A stretch of DNA of 64,000 bases from Candidatus Marinacidobacterales bacterium (GCA_965226495.1 OZ245365.1:4280563-4344562), one strand, 5' to 3'; positions 10,936 to 22,544 are shown, counted from the stretch's first letter. Translations and numbers: made by a program. The notes: generated from the sequence alone by a model not told the origin.

Positions 10936-12386
10936 AATGAGGAAGAGGCTCTTTGTTAGATCTATTTTGGTTGCGGTGCTATGCGTCGGGGGCGTGGGTT
11001 TTGACCGGACACCCGCAGCAACCCGAAGTTCCCGAGCCTCCCGAGATCGAGGGTTTCGATTTCGAGAAAGATCCCGACATGTTTAAAGCCGTCGCCACCG
11101 GCGGCGTGCCGATGGGTCGTTGGAAGGAAGGTCTGCTTTTCGACGGCATCGAGCCCATGCCGTGGCTCGCCAGTGCCGCCAACTGGTTTCCCGGCACCGA
11201 AGAGGTACAACCCGAGGAGATCCGCGTGACCTTCATGGGTACCGCGCCGATGATCCGACCCGGCCAGATGAACACCTCGGTTTTTGTCGAACTGGGTAAT
11301 GGCGACAGCTTGATCTTCGACATCGGCGAGGGCTCGGTCCCCAACTACATCGCCGCCGGCATTCCCCTCAACAAGATCAACGACATCTTCATCACCCACT
11401 TGCATGTCGACCACTTCGGATCGCTTCCGTACGTCTATGCGTTCGGAGCCTGGTCCGGGCGATGGCACGAGCCACTGCGCGTGTACGGCGCGTCAGGGCG
11501 AGGTCCGGAGGACGGGATCTCCCACATGATCAAGGGCATGAAGATGATGATGAAGTGGCACATCGACGCCTTCAGCGTCTTTCCGATCAGCGAAGGCTGG
11601 GATATCGAAGTCAACGAGTTCGACTTCCAAGACGACGGTGGCGTCATCTACGACAAGAACGGCGCCAAAGTCACGCATTGGCGACGTTCGCATGCCAAGG
11701 ACGGCGCCTCCGGCTATCGACTCGACTGGAACGACATGTGCGTCGTTTGGACCGGCGACGGCCGCCCCTCGGAGCTCGACATCAAGTACGCCAAAGGCTG
11801 CGATCTCTACATTACCGAGACCCAGGCTGAGTTGATGTCGATCAGCTCGGGCGTGGCAGGCGTTCCGCCATTCGTCGGTCGCTACACGATCGACACCCAC
11901 CATACGCCGACCTATGCGCTGGGCTATTTGTGCAACAAGATTCAACCTCGACTCTGCATGAGCACCCACATGCAGCACGATCCCTACCAGGACGCCGAGG
12001 TCATCGCCGAGGTCCGGGAACACTGGGATGGACCCTACCATCCGGGAGCTCCGGACATGGTGGTCGTCAACATGACCAAAGACAAAATTTGGGCGCGCGA
12101 CGGGGTCATTGCCGACTATCCCAACAACAAGGCACCGAATGCCGACCTCGCGATCGAGAGGTTCGGTGGCCTCATCGTGCCGAAACCGCAGTACTCGAGA
12201 GCAGACCTTCAGGAGCAGTTCATCCGCGATGCCCAGATCGATCCGAAGCTGTACTATCCCGAGGGCTATATGCCTCACCTGATGGAGGAGTGGCCGACCG
12301 ACAAGGACCTGTACCTTCCGGAGCCACTCGTTCCCGATTCGATGAAACCGCAAACGCTGAAGAAGAGGAGGGCGGAGAGTCAGTAG
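10936..12386 (+). CDS. Secreted MBL-fold metallo-hydrolase. The signal peptide is in one frame and the mature domain in the +2 frame, switching at a G5 run.
   Basis: An ATG at 10936 gives MRKRLFVRSILVAVLCVGG, a signal-peptide-like sequence, then terminates. The main ORF (10953, TTG) carries HxHxDH (ITHLHVDHFGS). Deleting one G from the run at 10988-10992 joins the two frames. Confidence 0.7.
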
Positions 12387-12479
12387 CTCGCAGCCGGACG
12401 GGTCACCGAGAATCAATTTCCTATTCGACGATACGGCCCGTTCGGCTAATCATTTGCGACATAAGGGAAGGAAGAAACG

Positions 12480-13919
12480 ATGCACGCATCCACAGCTCAG
12501 CCAAGTTGGTCGGTGAGCAGCATGACGGCGTGGTGTGCGCTAGTGTTGCTCTCGTCAGTAACGACAGCGGGCGTTGGGACGGCTCAACCTGCCAAACCCA
12601 ACATCGTCTACATCTTGGTCGACAATTGGGGATGGGGAGATATCCGGATCCAGGGTGGATCGGTGCCAACTCCCCGAATCGACGAGCTGGCGGGCGAAGG
12701 CCTGCGCATGACCAACTTCAACGTTGAAAGCCAGTGCGTCCCGACACGCTCGGCGATCATGACCGGGCGGCTGCCGATTCGCTCGGGAACCCAAAGCGTG
12801 ACGTACGGGCTTCCCTACGGTATGGCGCCGTGGGAGGTCACCCTGCCGGAGCTACTCTCGGACGCCGGTTACTCCACCGCGGCGTTCGGCAAGTGGCACC
12901 TTGGCGACATCGAGGGCCGTCTGCCGACCGACCAGGGGTTCGACGTCTGGTTCGGTATCAAGAACACGACCGACGAGGCCGGCTACTCATCGACGCCGCA
13001 ATACGATCCCGCAGTGGTCCCGCCGCCCTACATTTGGGAAGCAGTCAAAGGTCAACCCGCTGAGAAGGTACGGCCCTTGGATCTCGATACTCGCAAGACC
13101 CTCGATCGTGAGATCGTCGTGCGGTCCGAGGCCTTCATCGCCGAGCAGGCGCGCGGCGCCAAGCCGTTCTTCCTGTACACGTCGCTGACCCAGATCCACC
13201 CCCCACTCGGCCATCATCCGGATTTCGACAACGCCTCGCGGGTCGGCATCTATGGGGATATCATCATGGAAGTGGATTACAACGTGGGGCGGATCTTGGA
13301 TGCGCTCGAGGAAGCGGGCGTAGCAGCCAACACCATCGTGATCCTCTCCGGGGACAACGGCGCCGTGACCGACGGGATCGGCGGTGGGTCGACCGGACCC
13401 TGGCGCGGCGGCTTCACCGGCTACGAAGGTGGGCTGCGGACGGTCGGCATGATCCGCTGGCCGGCCCAAATCGAGCCCGGCCGTGTTTCGGATGAGATCT
13501 TCGCTGCGCTCGACTGGATGCCAACGCTCGCTCACTTGATTGGCGAGGAAGCTCGGATTCCAGACGATCGTCCGATCGACGGGATCAATCAGGCCGACTT
13601 CATCCTCGGTAAGCAGCAACACTCTAACCGAGAGCACGTCCTGTGCTACATCGGATCGGATCTCGTCTCCGTCAAATGGCGGAGCTTCAAGATCCACCTG
13701 AAGACCTACGAGAGCCTCTGGGCCCCGGCACAGGAGTATCAGTTCCCGCCGGTGTACGACGTGGCCAACGATCCGGGAGAGGCGAACAATCTGATGAAGT
13801 TTTCGCTTTTCTCCCACTCTTGGGTCTACGGCCCGATGGGTAGAATTCTGGGTGAGAAGGCGAGGAGTATGGCCGAGTACCCGAACATCAAGCCGGGCGA
13901 GGAGTTCGACGGGTACTAG
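12480..13919 (+). CDS. Arylsulfatase, formylglycine-dependent
   Basis: Signal peptide, then PNIVYILVDNWGWGD and the C-x-P-x-R motif CVPTRSAIMTGR. Confidence 0.85.
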   Translation: MHASTAQPSWSVSSMTAWCALVLLSSVTTAGVGTAQPAKPNIVYILVDNWGWGDIRIQGGSVPTPRIDELAGEGLRMTNFNVESQCVPTRSAIMTGRLPIRSGTQSVTYGLPYGMAPWEVTLPELLSDAGYSTAAFGKWHLGDIEGRLPTDQGFDVWFGIKNTTDEAGYSSTPQYDPAVVPPPYIWEAVKGQPAEKVRPLDLDTRKTLDREIVVRSEAFIAEQARGAKPFFLYTSLTQIHPPLGHHPDFDNASRVGIYGDIIMEVDYNVGRILDALEEAGVAANTIVILSGDNGAVTDGIGGGSTGPWRGGFTGYEGGLRTVGMIRWPAQIEPGRVSDEIFAALDWMPTLAHLIGEEARIPDDRPIDGINQADFILGKQQHSNREHVLCYIGSDLVSVKWRSFKIHLKTYESLWAPAQEYQFPPVYDVANDPGEANNLMKFSLFSHSWVYGPMGRILGEKARSMAEYPNIKPGEEFDGY

Positions 13920-14332
13920 GACACTCCCGGGGCGCCGACTTATCGATCACCAGGTTCGGAGGCATGCTGGTCCCGGAACCTCCATACTGGCAAAGGGGGC
14001 TGCGGCGTTAGGACGCGTCGCGTGTCCGACGCCAGCTCCCTTCGGCCCCCCCCAACCCTTCCTCGAACTAGTGGAGTGTGGTGGCCTGCGATGCGGCAGC
14101 GAAACAAACTCGCAAAAACACTTGACAGGTTTTGCCAGGCCATTTTGGAAAACGACTAGCCACTAACGTAGATACCTTCCGGAAACCGGAAGCTCCCCTC
14201 TCCCGTCCTGTCTCAATGATTGACTTCTTTCTTTTGTCTCTACGCGTTTGCTTCCGTCTGACGCCGGATGAGACCGCATAAATACTCGTTGCTATATTGT
14301 GAGAAGGACTATCGAAAGAGGGGGCAACGGCC

Positions 14333-15433
14333 ATGATCGACAGATTAAGAAAATACTTCGAGACACTTGAAGGTCTCTCAACCGAAGAGCTCGACCACTC
14401 GGCCGAAAGACTGGTCCGCGCCGAGAAACGAAACGTGGCGCTCGTCATCGCTCACATCGCGGAGATGTCGAGAAGAAAGGGCCATCTCGAGCGCGGCTAC
14501 CAGAATCTGTTCGACTATTGCACTACGCGCCTGAAGCTGAGCGAAGGCTCGGTCGCGCGGCGGATTCAGGTGGCCAACGTCGCAGTGCGTTTCCCTCAGA
14601 TACTCGTTGCGTTGGCTGAAAACCGGGTGAGCCTCACCGTCGCCGGTCTCCTCGCGCCCGTCCTCAAAGACAACAACGTGGACAAGCTTATCAGCGATTG
14701 CACCGGAATGACCAAACGCGAAGCCGAGGAGCACCTCGTCGCGCTCCGGCCAAAGCCCGTCTTTGCGGCCTCGATTCGCAAGACACCTTCTCGGCCGGAC
14801 AAAGCTCCGGTGGTCCAGGAGACTACCGGCCCGTGGCACGCTCCCCAAGTGTCGCCGAGTATCCTCGAGCCGGCGAGGCCGGAGCTCTTCAATTTCCGCT
14901 TCTCGGCCGACCGGAAGTTCAAAGAGAAGTTCGAGCGTCTAGCGGAAGTCCTCGGGGTCGGGAACCCCTCGCAACACATGGCCGAGATCATGGAGCAAGC
15001 TCTGGACATCGCGCTAGACAAAAAGGATGTGAAGAGAAAGCGAGCACGACGGCTCGAAAGAGAGGCAAGGGGAACTGCCGGGTCTCCCAAAGAAAAACCT
15101 TGCCCGGGCGAGGTTTTCGCGAAATCCCGCTACATCCCTTCAGAGGTTCGCGAGCACGTCCACGAGAGGGCTGGTCATCAATGTGAATATGAAGGTCAGG
15201 ACGGGACCCGGTGTCGTTCGCGAACCGGACTCCAAATCGAGCACCTGCGGCCCTTCGCTTTGTATCGCTGCCACGACGAGAGACTTCTCCAGCTTCTCTG
15301 CCCTCCGCACAATCGTTTGAGAGCTGAGCGGACCTTTGGTGCCGCGTTCATCCAAGGGAAGATCGAGGCCTCTCGGCGGAGGCGCTCGCCGAGACCTCAG
15401 GCTCCCTTGGACACTTTGCCTTTGCCCGAATAG
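14333..15433 (+). CDS. HNH endonuclease domain protein of the DUF222 / 13E12-repeat type
   Basis: The C-terminal HNH motif is HQCEYEGQDGTRCRSRTGLQIEHLRPFALYRCHDERLLQLLCPPHNRLRAE. The N-terminal half is DUF222-like. A TATATT -10-like box and an AGAGGGGG RBS lie upstream. Confidence 0.75.
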   Translation: MIDRLRKYFETLEGLSTEELDHSAERLVRAEKRNVALVIAHIAEMSRRKGHLERGYQNLFDYCTTRLKLSEGSVARRIQVANVAVRFPQILVALAENRVSLTVAGLLAPVLKDNNVDKLISDCTGMTKREAEEHLVALRPKPVFAASIRKTPSRPDKAPVVQETTGPWHAPQVSPSILEPARPELFNFRFSADRKFKEKFERLAEVLGVGNPSQHMAEIMEQALDIALDKKDVKRKRARRLEREARGTAGSPKEKPCPGEVFAKSRYIPSEVREHVHERAGHQCEYEGQDGTRCRSRTGLQIEHLRPFALYRCHDERLLQLLCPPHNRLRAERTFGAAFIQGKIEASRRRRSPRPQAPLDTLPLPE

Positions 15434-15496
15434 CACCGGTGTTCCGGACCCCTCCCCCGGCTTGACATGTGATTTTGATGAAAGCATACTAATCAC

Positions 15497-15727
15497 ATGT
15501 CTACCATGATTCAGATACGCAACGTACCTGACAAGATCCACCGGACGCTCAAATCGCGGGCGGCACTGGCGGGGATGTCGATGTCGGAGTACATCCTTCA
15601 AGAGCTCAAGAAGTCACTGGAGCGGCCAACTCGCGAGGAACTGCTCGACCGGCTCGCGGCGTTGCCGGAGCCTAAGCTCCGTCCCTCGCCGGCCGAGTTG
15701 ATCCGTGCCGAACGAGATCGGCGGTGA
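15497..15727 (+). CDS. vapB: VapB-family antitoxin with a ribbon-helix-helix fold
   Basis: MSTMIQIRNVPDKIHRTLKSRAALAGMSMSEYILQELKK...PAELIRAERDRR matches a common VapB family. Its stop overlaps the vapC start by 4 nt. Confidence 0.8.
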   Translation: MSTMIQIRNVPDKIHRTLKSRAALAGMSMSEYILQELKKSLERPTREELLDRLAALPEPKLRPSPAELIRAERDRR

Positions 15728-16119
15728 TCGTCCTCGACGCCTCGGTAGCAGTGGAGCTCCTACTGAATACGCGGCTCGGCAAGAAACTGGCCAAGCGTCT
15801 TCGGTCTCCTGACGTGTCGCTCCATGCTCCCCACCTCATCGATCTCGAAGTAGCGCAGACGCTTCGTAGATACGTTGCGGACCGCACGCTCGCCGAAGAA
15901 GAGGGTCGGCTCGCCTTGCAGCACCTCGCAATGCTTGACCTGCACCGTTACCCACACGATTCCTTGCTTCGACGCATCTGGGGCTTGAGAGATAACTTGA
16001 CCGCCTATGACGGAGCATACGTCGCTTTGGCCGAAGCGCTGGGAGCTACACTGGTGACTGCCGATGGCCGCCTGGCAAGAGCACCAGGGCTCAAGGCTGA
16101 CGTCGAACTACTAAAGTGA
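15724..16119 (+). CDS. vapC: VapC-family PIN-domain toxin
   Basis: MIVLDASVAVELLL...AYDGAYVALAEALGATLVTADGRLA is a PIN domain with the conserved acidic residues. It is translationally coupled to vapB. Confidence 0.85.
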   Translation: MIVLDASVAVELLLNTRLGKKLAKRLRSPDVSLHAPHLIDLEVAQTLRRYVADRTLAEEEGRLALQHLAMLDLHRYPHDSLLRRIWGLRDNLTAYDGAYVALAEALGATLVTADGRLARAPGLKADVELLK

Positions 16120-16165
16120 AAGGAAGACAATCTCGTCCGGGCGAGATTGCCGGGAAAAAAGCGGT

Positions 16166-17056
16166 TTAATTGCGGGGGGGATCCATGCCCAGCTCCGTTA
16201 GCATCCGGCGATTCTCCCGCCAATGCTCGCGCACCTTGACATGAAGTCCGAGGTAGACGTGCGTGTTGAGGAATTGTTCCAGATCCACGCGGGCTGAGGA
16301 GCCGATCTTCTTCAGCATGCTGCCCTGTTTCCCCACCAGAATACCCTTCTGCGAGTCCCGTTCAACCAGAATGGAGGCCTCGATGCGAATGAGCTCTTCT
16401 CCGTCTTCCCACGAATCGATCCGTACCGCGGTCGCGTAGGGAACCTCCTCCCGTATGAAAAGGATTATCTTCTCGCGAACGATTTCGGAGGCGAAGAACC
16501 TCTCGGGCTGATCGGTCAACGTGTCCTCGGGAAAAAGAGGCGGCCCCTCCGGCAAGTGCTGTTCGAAGAGCTCGACTAGGCGGTCCACGTTGTCTCCGGT
16601 CAGGGCGGAGATGGGAACGATTTCGGTGAAGTCGTGGGATTTCCGGTAGTTCTCTATGACCGGGAGCACATCCGTCTTCGGGACTTGATCCACTTTGTTA
16701 ATGACCAAGAACAGTGGAACCCGGACCTTCTTCATGAGCTCTAGCACATATCGATCGCCACCGCCGAAAGACTGCGTAATGTCTATCATCAGAGCGACGA
16801 GATCCACACGGCTGAGGCTGGAGACGGCGCTTTTCACCATCAGTCGGTTCATCTGATGCTGGGGCTTGTGGATGCCGGGGGTATCGAAGAACACGATCTG
16901 ACCGCGGGACGTATTGGCGACGGCCAGAATGCGATTGCGAGTGGTTTGAGGTCTGGGAGTAACGATGGCGACCTTTTGGCCCACGACTCGATTGATGAGC
17001 GTGGACTTCCCGACGTTGGGGCGCCCGACGACACTAACGAATCCGCTATGTGACAA
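16166..17056 (-). CDS. era: GTPase Era
   Basis: GFVSVVGRPNVGKSTLIN, DTPG and NKVD G-motifs plus a C-terminal KH domain. Confidence 0.95.
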   Translation of the reverse strand: MSHSGFVSVVGRPNVGKSTLINRVVGQKVAIVTPRPQTTRNRILAVANTSRGQIVFFDTPGIHKPQHQMNRLMVKSAVSSLSRVDLVALMIDITQSFGGGDRYVLELMKKVRVPLFLVINKVDQVPKTDVLPVIENYRKSHDFTEIVPISALTGDNVDRLVELFEQHLPEGPPLFPEDTLTDQPERFFASEIVREKIILFIREEVPYATAVRIDSWEDGEELIRIEASILVERDSQKGILVGKQGSMLKKIGSSARVDLEQFLNTHVYLGLHVKVREHWRENRRMLTELGMDPPRN

Positions 17057-17065
17057 CGAAAGATC

Positions 17066-18307
17066 TCACGCGGTCCCTTCCTGACGAAGGCGGATTCGAA
17101 CCTTGTTGATTCTTTGACCCTCGGCGTCGACCACTTCGATGGTCAGCCCCTGATAGTCGATCGCCTCCCCGGACTGCGGCACTCGGCCCAAAGCGGCAAG
17201 CACGAAGCCCGATACCGTATCGAAACCCTTTCCGTTGACGTCGAGATCGAGCTTTTCCTTGAGCACATCGACATCGGCCCGGCCGCTCACCAAGAACACC
17301 CCGTCGCCCTCGCGTACGAACTCTTCCCCGACCTCCTCGTCGAACTCATCGTGAATCTCGCCCACGATCTCTTCGAGAATGTCCTCGACCGTCAGGAGCC
17401 CCGAGGTCCCCCCGTACTCGTCTACCACTATGGCGATAGTAGAACGGCTGCGCTGGAACTCTCGCAGTAAGTCGGAGACTTTCTTGGTCTCGGGTACGAA
17501 TTTCACGGGTCGGATGAGTGAATCGATGGGTTCTTCCGCCGTTCCATCCGCGTAGGACAGGACGTCAATCGCATGAACGAGGCCCGCGATATGGTCCAAG
17601 TTTTCCTCGAAAACCGGAATCCGCGAATACTTCTCGTCCATGAATAGCTGACGAAGCTCAGCGAGATTGGCCTCACGGCGCACAGCCACCATTTCCGGAC
17701 GAGGCGTCATGATCTCCCGAACGACCTTGTCGCCTAGATCCACGATCGACTGCACCATGCGGCCCTCGTCCCCTTCGAGGATCCCTTCTTCCTCCCCGGT
17801 CTCGATGAAGGCCTGGACTTCCTCTTCGCTTACGCCCTCGTCCTCGGTTTCCTCCTCGTCCTGAACGAACGCCCGAACCAAGTGGGACAGAGGACGACTG
17901 ATGGGCCAGATCATCGCGTGATAGATTCGAAACGCGGGAAGTAAGGCCAAAAGGACACGCTCCGGACTGCTCCGAGCGATAAAATTCGGCAACACCTCAC
18001 GGAAAATCAAGTAAGCCGGCAGCATCGTCAAAAACGCCAGAACGAGTGCTTGTGCGGGGCTACGGTCGATGTAGAACTGAGTGAGCAAGACCGTTGCCGC
18101 GATGAGGCCGCCTTGGATACCGATGCGAAGCGGCAGCAAGAGCCGCATGGGATCTTCCAGGCAACGATCCAGAAACTCGGTCTTCCAACTTTCCTCGCCG
18201 TATTGCCGGATGGTGATCTTGCTGAAGTAGTGGAAGGCGACATCAATAGTAGACAAGAAGAGCGCCAAAATCAGAAGGCACGAGATCCCGGTCAGCGTCA
18301 GGTCCAT
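17066..18307 (-). CDS. corC: CNNM/CorC-type transporter (DUF21-CBS-CorC_HlyC; hemolysin family / YbeX-like)
   Basis: N-terminal 4-TM DUF21, tandem CBS domains and a C-terminal CorC_HlyC domain. It sits in the conserved phoH-ybeY-corC-era context. Confidence 0.85.
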   Translation of the reverse strand: MDLTLTGISCLLILALFLSTIDVAFHYFSKITIRQYGEESWKTEFLDRCLEDPMRLLLPLRIGIQGGLIAATVLLTQFYIDRSPAQALVLAFLTMLPAYLIFREVLPNFIARSSPERVLLALLPAFRIYHAMIWPISRPLSHLVRAFVQDEEETEDEGVSEEEVQAFIETGEEEGILEGDEGRMVQSIVDLGDKVVREIMTPRPEMVAVRREANLAELRQLFMDEKYSRIPVFEENLDHIAGLVHAIDVLSYADGTAEEPIDSLIRPVKFVPETKKVSDLLREFQRSRSTIAIVVDEYGGTSGLLTVEDILEEIVGEIHDEFDEEVGEEFVREGDGVFLVSGRADVDVLKEKLDLDVNGKGFDTVSGFVLAALGRVPQSGEAIDYQGLTIEVVDAEGQRINKVRIRLRQEGTA

Positions 18308-18322
18308 CGCTCTCTCAGCATC

Positions 18323-18766
18323 TTAACGGCTCGCTCGACGGTGTGTAATCCCGTACTTCCGTCTCATGCGGTACTCGATCCGTCTCATCTCTCCATGGTC
18401 GGACTCGTGATCGTATCCGAGTAAATGAAGTAATCCGTGCAGTGCAAGAACTCGTAGCTCGCGCGGCAGTGTCGATCCTCGCCGGCGAGCCTGCCGGCGG
18501 GCGGTCTCTACCGAGATCACAATGTCACCGAGGTAGTCCGCTTCGTCGGAGAAATCTCCATCGCGAGCGGGAAAGGACAAAACGTCGGTCGATCGATCGT
18601 AGCCACGGAACGTGCGGTTGAGATGCCGCATCCGCTCATCTCCCACCAGGACGAGGCTTGCGGAGGCTCCGGCAGGGGCCACTTCTCCTGCTACCTGGCT
18701 GAGAAACGTGCGGAGCGGACGGCCGTCGACTTTTATTCGACGTTGAAGATTCTTGAGGAGCAGCAT
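18323..18766 (-). CDS. ybeY: Endoribonuclease YbeY, the 16S rRNA maturation factor. The start is placed at MLLLKNLQ.
   Basis: H-x3-H-x5-H zinc motif HGLLHLLGYDHESDH. An ATG at 18766 was verified. The ORF-track start at 18871 adds a non-conserved 35 aa. Confidence 0.88.
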   Translation of the reverse strand: MLLLKNLQRRIKVDGRPLRTFLSQVAGEVAPAGASASLVLVGDERMRHLNRTFRGYDRSTDVLSFPARDGDFSDEADYLGDIVISVETARRQARRRGSTLPRELRVLALHGLLHLLGYDHESDHGEMRRIEYRMRRKYGITHRRASR

Positions 18767-18867
18767 AGGCGTCCCGTTGCGTGATGTCGTGGACCGGGCA
18801 TGCGGTTTCGTTATTGGATGTCCGATCTCGGGGGCCTTGGGGGCCTGGTCCGGCTCTCCGCTGGTAC

Positions 18868-21170
18868 TCATCGGCTATCTTGAACCACTACCGGCTCGAC
18901 TCGCTTTTCGAAGTCGAAGCCTGGGTAGCTCACCCGATGGTGGTAGATACCCATGAGCACCCGCAGGAAGCTCTGCGAGATTCCTTCCAAGTCACGCAGG
19001 GTCAGATCACATTCATCGAGCTGCCCATCAAGGAAGATGTAGTCGATGATCTGACGGATTACACCCTTGAGACGAGCGGGGCTCGGATCTTCGAGAGTTC
19101 TCGATGCCGCCTCTACCGCGTCGGCGATCATAATAATGCCGGCTTCCTTCGTCTGCGGCTTGGGTCCTGGGTAGCGAAACTCCGCCTCCATCACTTCGCC
19201 AAGCGCGGGATCGTGGCTTTCCTTCGCCTTCTCATAGAAGTAAGTGATGAGCTTGGTGCCGTGATGTTGGGGGATGATATCAACGATCTCGGGGGGAAGA
19301 TGCATCTCCTTCCCCATCTCGACGCCTTCCTTCACGTGGCTGGCGATAATGAGCGCGCTCATTTGGGGCGAGAGTCGATCGTGTCGATTGGCTCCTCCGT
19401 ACTGGTTTTCTACAAAATAGTCCACTTTACGAAGTTTGCCGATATCATGGTACAGAGCGGCCGTGCGGCAGAAGACGGCGTTTGCTCCAATCGACTCCGC
19501 CGCAGACTCGGCTAACGATCCTACCACCACGCTGTGGTGGTAGGTGCCCGGCGCCTCGAGAGCCAGTTTTCGCAGTATCGGAATGTTGTTGTTCGAAAGC
19601 TCGAGGAGCTTGATGTCCGTGGTGCGATCGAAAAGCGATTCAAGCGCGGGCAGCACGAACGAAACGACAATCGCCACTCCGGCGCCACTAAGAAGAGCGC
19701 AAAGCAGATCGAAACCGAAAGTGGCGACCGGTTCGAAACGCTCGGAGAGAAGATCGATGCCGAGCACGATCACCAGATTGACGCTGCCGACAAAGGCACC
19801 GGTTTTGATGAGCGCCGTCCGTTGCTTGTACTGAACCATCCCCAGGATTGCCCCGAGGCAAGACAGAAGGCTGAAGACACCGAGCTGCAGATTTCCCGTC
19901 ATGAGTCCATGTGCGACGGAAAAAACCACCGAAGCGACCAGCGCGGTAGAGGCGTTCTCTAGAAGTGAGATGAGGACGGCTACCGCGGCGAGCGGAACCA
20001 GGTACTGGTAGGAGGAAACGTTGTTGAACGGTGGCGTGACGATCTGCTCCCCCACCGTGCTGAATACGAAGAACAACACTCTCGCTAAGGCGAGTTGAAA
20101 GACGATGACCAACCCGACCAAAGCAAAGCTCCGGCGCTTCCAGGAAAGGGTAGGACGGACGGGCCTCAAGAGCTGCCAGAGGCAGTAGAACAGGATTGCG
20201 GATAGGATGAAGGCCCCGACGACCCCCGCCAACTGCCACCTCTCACCCGCAGCGTCAGAAAGAACTTCGAGCTGCCGCAACACGCCCTCATCGATCTCAT
20301 CACCCGCCCGAACGATGGCCCTTCCTTTCCTAATGTGGAAAAAAACAGGCGCCACTTCCTCTCTGGCCGTTCTTCGGAGCTCTTGGGTCTCTGCGAAATT
20401 GAAAGTCAGCGTTGGCTGGATGAACAGTGCGCCCAATCGTGCAACTCTCTTTCGCAGCGTCGGCTCGAGATCCGTAAGAAGGGCCGCCCGTTCCTCTAAC
20501 TGTTGCTGCGCCTGGTCAACCGTGAAGACTCGAGAAAAATCCCGTACAAGGGTCCCGGTATCCGATATCTCGTCCCGACGCGTGATCGGCTGACCCGCCG
20601 CGAGCAACCGGTCTTTACTCTCAACGATTTCCCTTTGAAGCATGTTGGCAACGATGTCCCCCAGCGCTTGCTCGATCTCGGGGCTAAACACTTGCTCGAG
20701 TAAGAAGGTGAAATCTGCTTCGGTCAACGGGACTTCGAAGGCCGCTCGGACATCGTTGAACAGCGCTGAAAGCACCGCTTCCTCGGGGGATTTTTCCTCT
20801 TCGAGCCCCCGACCTAGCTCGAAACCCGTCGCAATTTCCGTTCTCGCAGAAATGGCGGCCCGGTTATTGAAGTCGTAGACCTCGGGCACCTCCGCCTCGG
20901 CCTCATCGCGGCGCGCACGGGTCGTGTCCTCGTCCTCGTAGCTGAAGTCGTACGGCGCCTTCAGATCGACCGTGGCAATCGTCCCCGGCTCGTAACGGGG
21001 CGGCCGAACACTCAGACCGGGAGCGATGAGGAGGGTGAGCAGGATGCTGAACCCCAAGCCCCACGGTAAGGGTGAAGAAAAAACGAGCTCTAGCAGCTCG
21101 CGGCGGCGGAACCGACCCTTCGGGCGGCGAGCCTCTTTCTTCGGACCGTTCTCTCCGTTCTTGGGGTTCA
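18868..21170 (-). CDS. pgpH: 7TM-receptor / HD-domain phosphohydrolase of the PgpH/YqfF family, a putative c-di-AMP phosphodiesterase. The start is uncertain; a GTG at 21170 avoids the 116-nt overlap with phoH that the ORF-track start at 21315 implies.
   Basis: Extracellular N-domain, 7 TM helices and a C-terminal HD domain (LYHDIGKL ... QHHG). Its position between phoH and ybeY is conserved. Confidence 0.78.
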
Positions 21171-21199
21171 GAGCAGGCACTCTATCAATTCCCTTCTCG

Positions 21200-22198
21200 C
21201 TACCTTGGATCTTCGACCGGCTCTGGAGTGGGGCGGTTCGACGGCTGTTTGGCCTTACCGTTGGTGTGACGCTCATAGGCCAAGATGATCGATTGAACCA
21301 AACGGTGACGGACAACGTCGGTCTCGTCGAAGTAGGCGAAGACGATACCGGTGATGTCAGAGATGATATCGATGGACTCCACTAGCCCGCTGGTCTTCCC
21401 AGGCGGGAGATCGATTTGGGTGATGTCGCCGGTCACTACCGCTTTGGAGCCAAACCCGATGCGAGTCAAGAACATTTTCATTTGTTCTGACGTGGTGTTT
21501 TGTGCTTCATCCAAAATAATAAAAGAATCGTTGAGCGTGCGACCTCGCATGAAGGCGATGGGCGCAATCTCGATCGACCCTCGTTCGATCAGGCGGAGTA
21601 CGCGCTCGGCATCCATGAGATCGTAGAGAGCATCGTAGAGGGGACGCAGGTACGGATTGATCTTCTCTTGGATATCACCCGGGAGAAAGCCCAGCCTCTC
21701 TCCCGCTTCCACCGCCGGACGCGCGAGAATGATTCGGTTGACCCGCTTTTGGTTGAACGCAGCGACGGCCATCGCGACGGCTAGATAGGTCTTGCCGGTT
21801 CCGGCAGGCCCGATGCCCATGACGATGTCATTCGATTCAATAGCCTGCAGGTATCGAAGCTGGTTGGCACTTCGCGGGATGACCGTCTTATTCGTCGAGG
21901 GGTGAGCGATTCTGCTCCCGAAGAACTCGCGGAGAGAAACCTGCGGATCTTCCTTTATCAATCTGAGTGCGATTCGAAAGTCGCCCGAGGCAACCTTGTG
22001 ACCTTCCTCGATCAAACCCGAGAATTGTTTAAAGATGTTCTCCACGAAATCGACTTGTTCGGGCTCGCCATCAACCATGAGTTCATGGCCCCGAGCCACA
22101 ATCTTGACGTTCAGAGCGTTCTCGATGGATTTCAGGTTCTCGTCTTGAGTACCAAAAAGCGCGAGGGTTCCTTCCCCTGGGATGGTGACTTTCTTCAT
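21200..22198 (-). CDS. phoH: PhoH-family ATPase (YbeZ)
   Basis: Walker A motif [16 protein letters not shown] and typical PhoH C-terminus. Confidence 0.9.
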   Translation of the reverse strand: MKKVTIPGEGTLALFGTQDENLKSIENALNVKIVARGHELMVDGEPEQVDFVENIFKQFSGLIEEGHKVASGDFRIALRLIKEDPQVSLREFFGSRIAHPSTNKTVIPRSANQLRYLQAIESNDIVMGIGPAGTGKTYLAVAMAVAAFNQKRVNRIILARPAVEAGERLGFLPGDIQEKINPYLRPLYDALYDLMDAERVLRLIERGSIEIAPIAFMRGRTLNDSFIILDEAQNTTSEQMKMFLTRIGFGSKAVVTGDITQIDLPPGKTSGLVESIDIISDITGIVFAYFDETDVVRHRLVQSIILAYERHTNGKAKQPSNRPTPEPVEDPR

Positions 22199-22544
22199 AC
22201 GGTGAGCGGCATTACCACCTTGCAGAATACTCCTTTGGGGACGGGGCTGCCTCCCGTCTAGACGGCACGATTCTTCCCTAAATTAGGCCAAAATTAGGCA
22301 ATGGGAAATTCAAGAGGCCGGGAAGTGTGGAAAGAAAGGGCCAGAACGGGACAACCAAGAGCCCGATTAAGGTGAATCATCTCCTGAAAAAGATGCTAGC
22401 ACGGGCATCTAAACCCCGTCAAATAGCCCTGAAGATCGGGACAGCGACTGGGCTGTGAACGGTAGGTAAATCGGGGACAGGCAGCCCTTTTCCGCTTGAG
22501 CTAGAAGACGAAGAGGGTGCCAGTCCCCAATTTACAGGTCTCCA

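Noticed and set aside
17081-17094. GGTTCGAATCC-like tRNA T-loop motif on the minus strand (plus strand reads ggcggattcgaacc)
   Set aside because: It lies inside the 3' end of the corC-like CDS, where it encodes part of ...VRIRLRQEG. There is no flanking acceptor, D or anticodon stems. It is a chance occurrence. No convincing tRNA or rRNA was found anywhere in the window.
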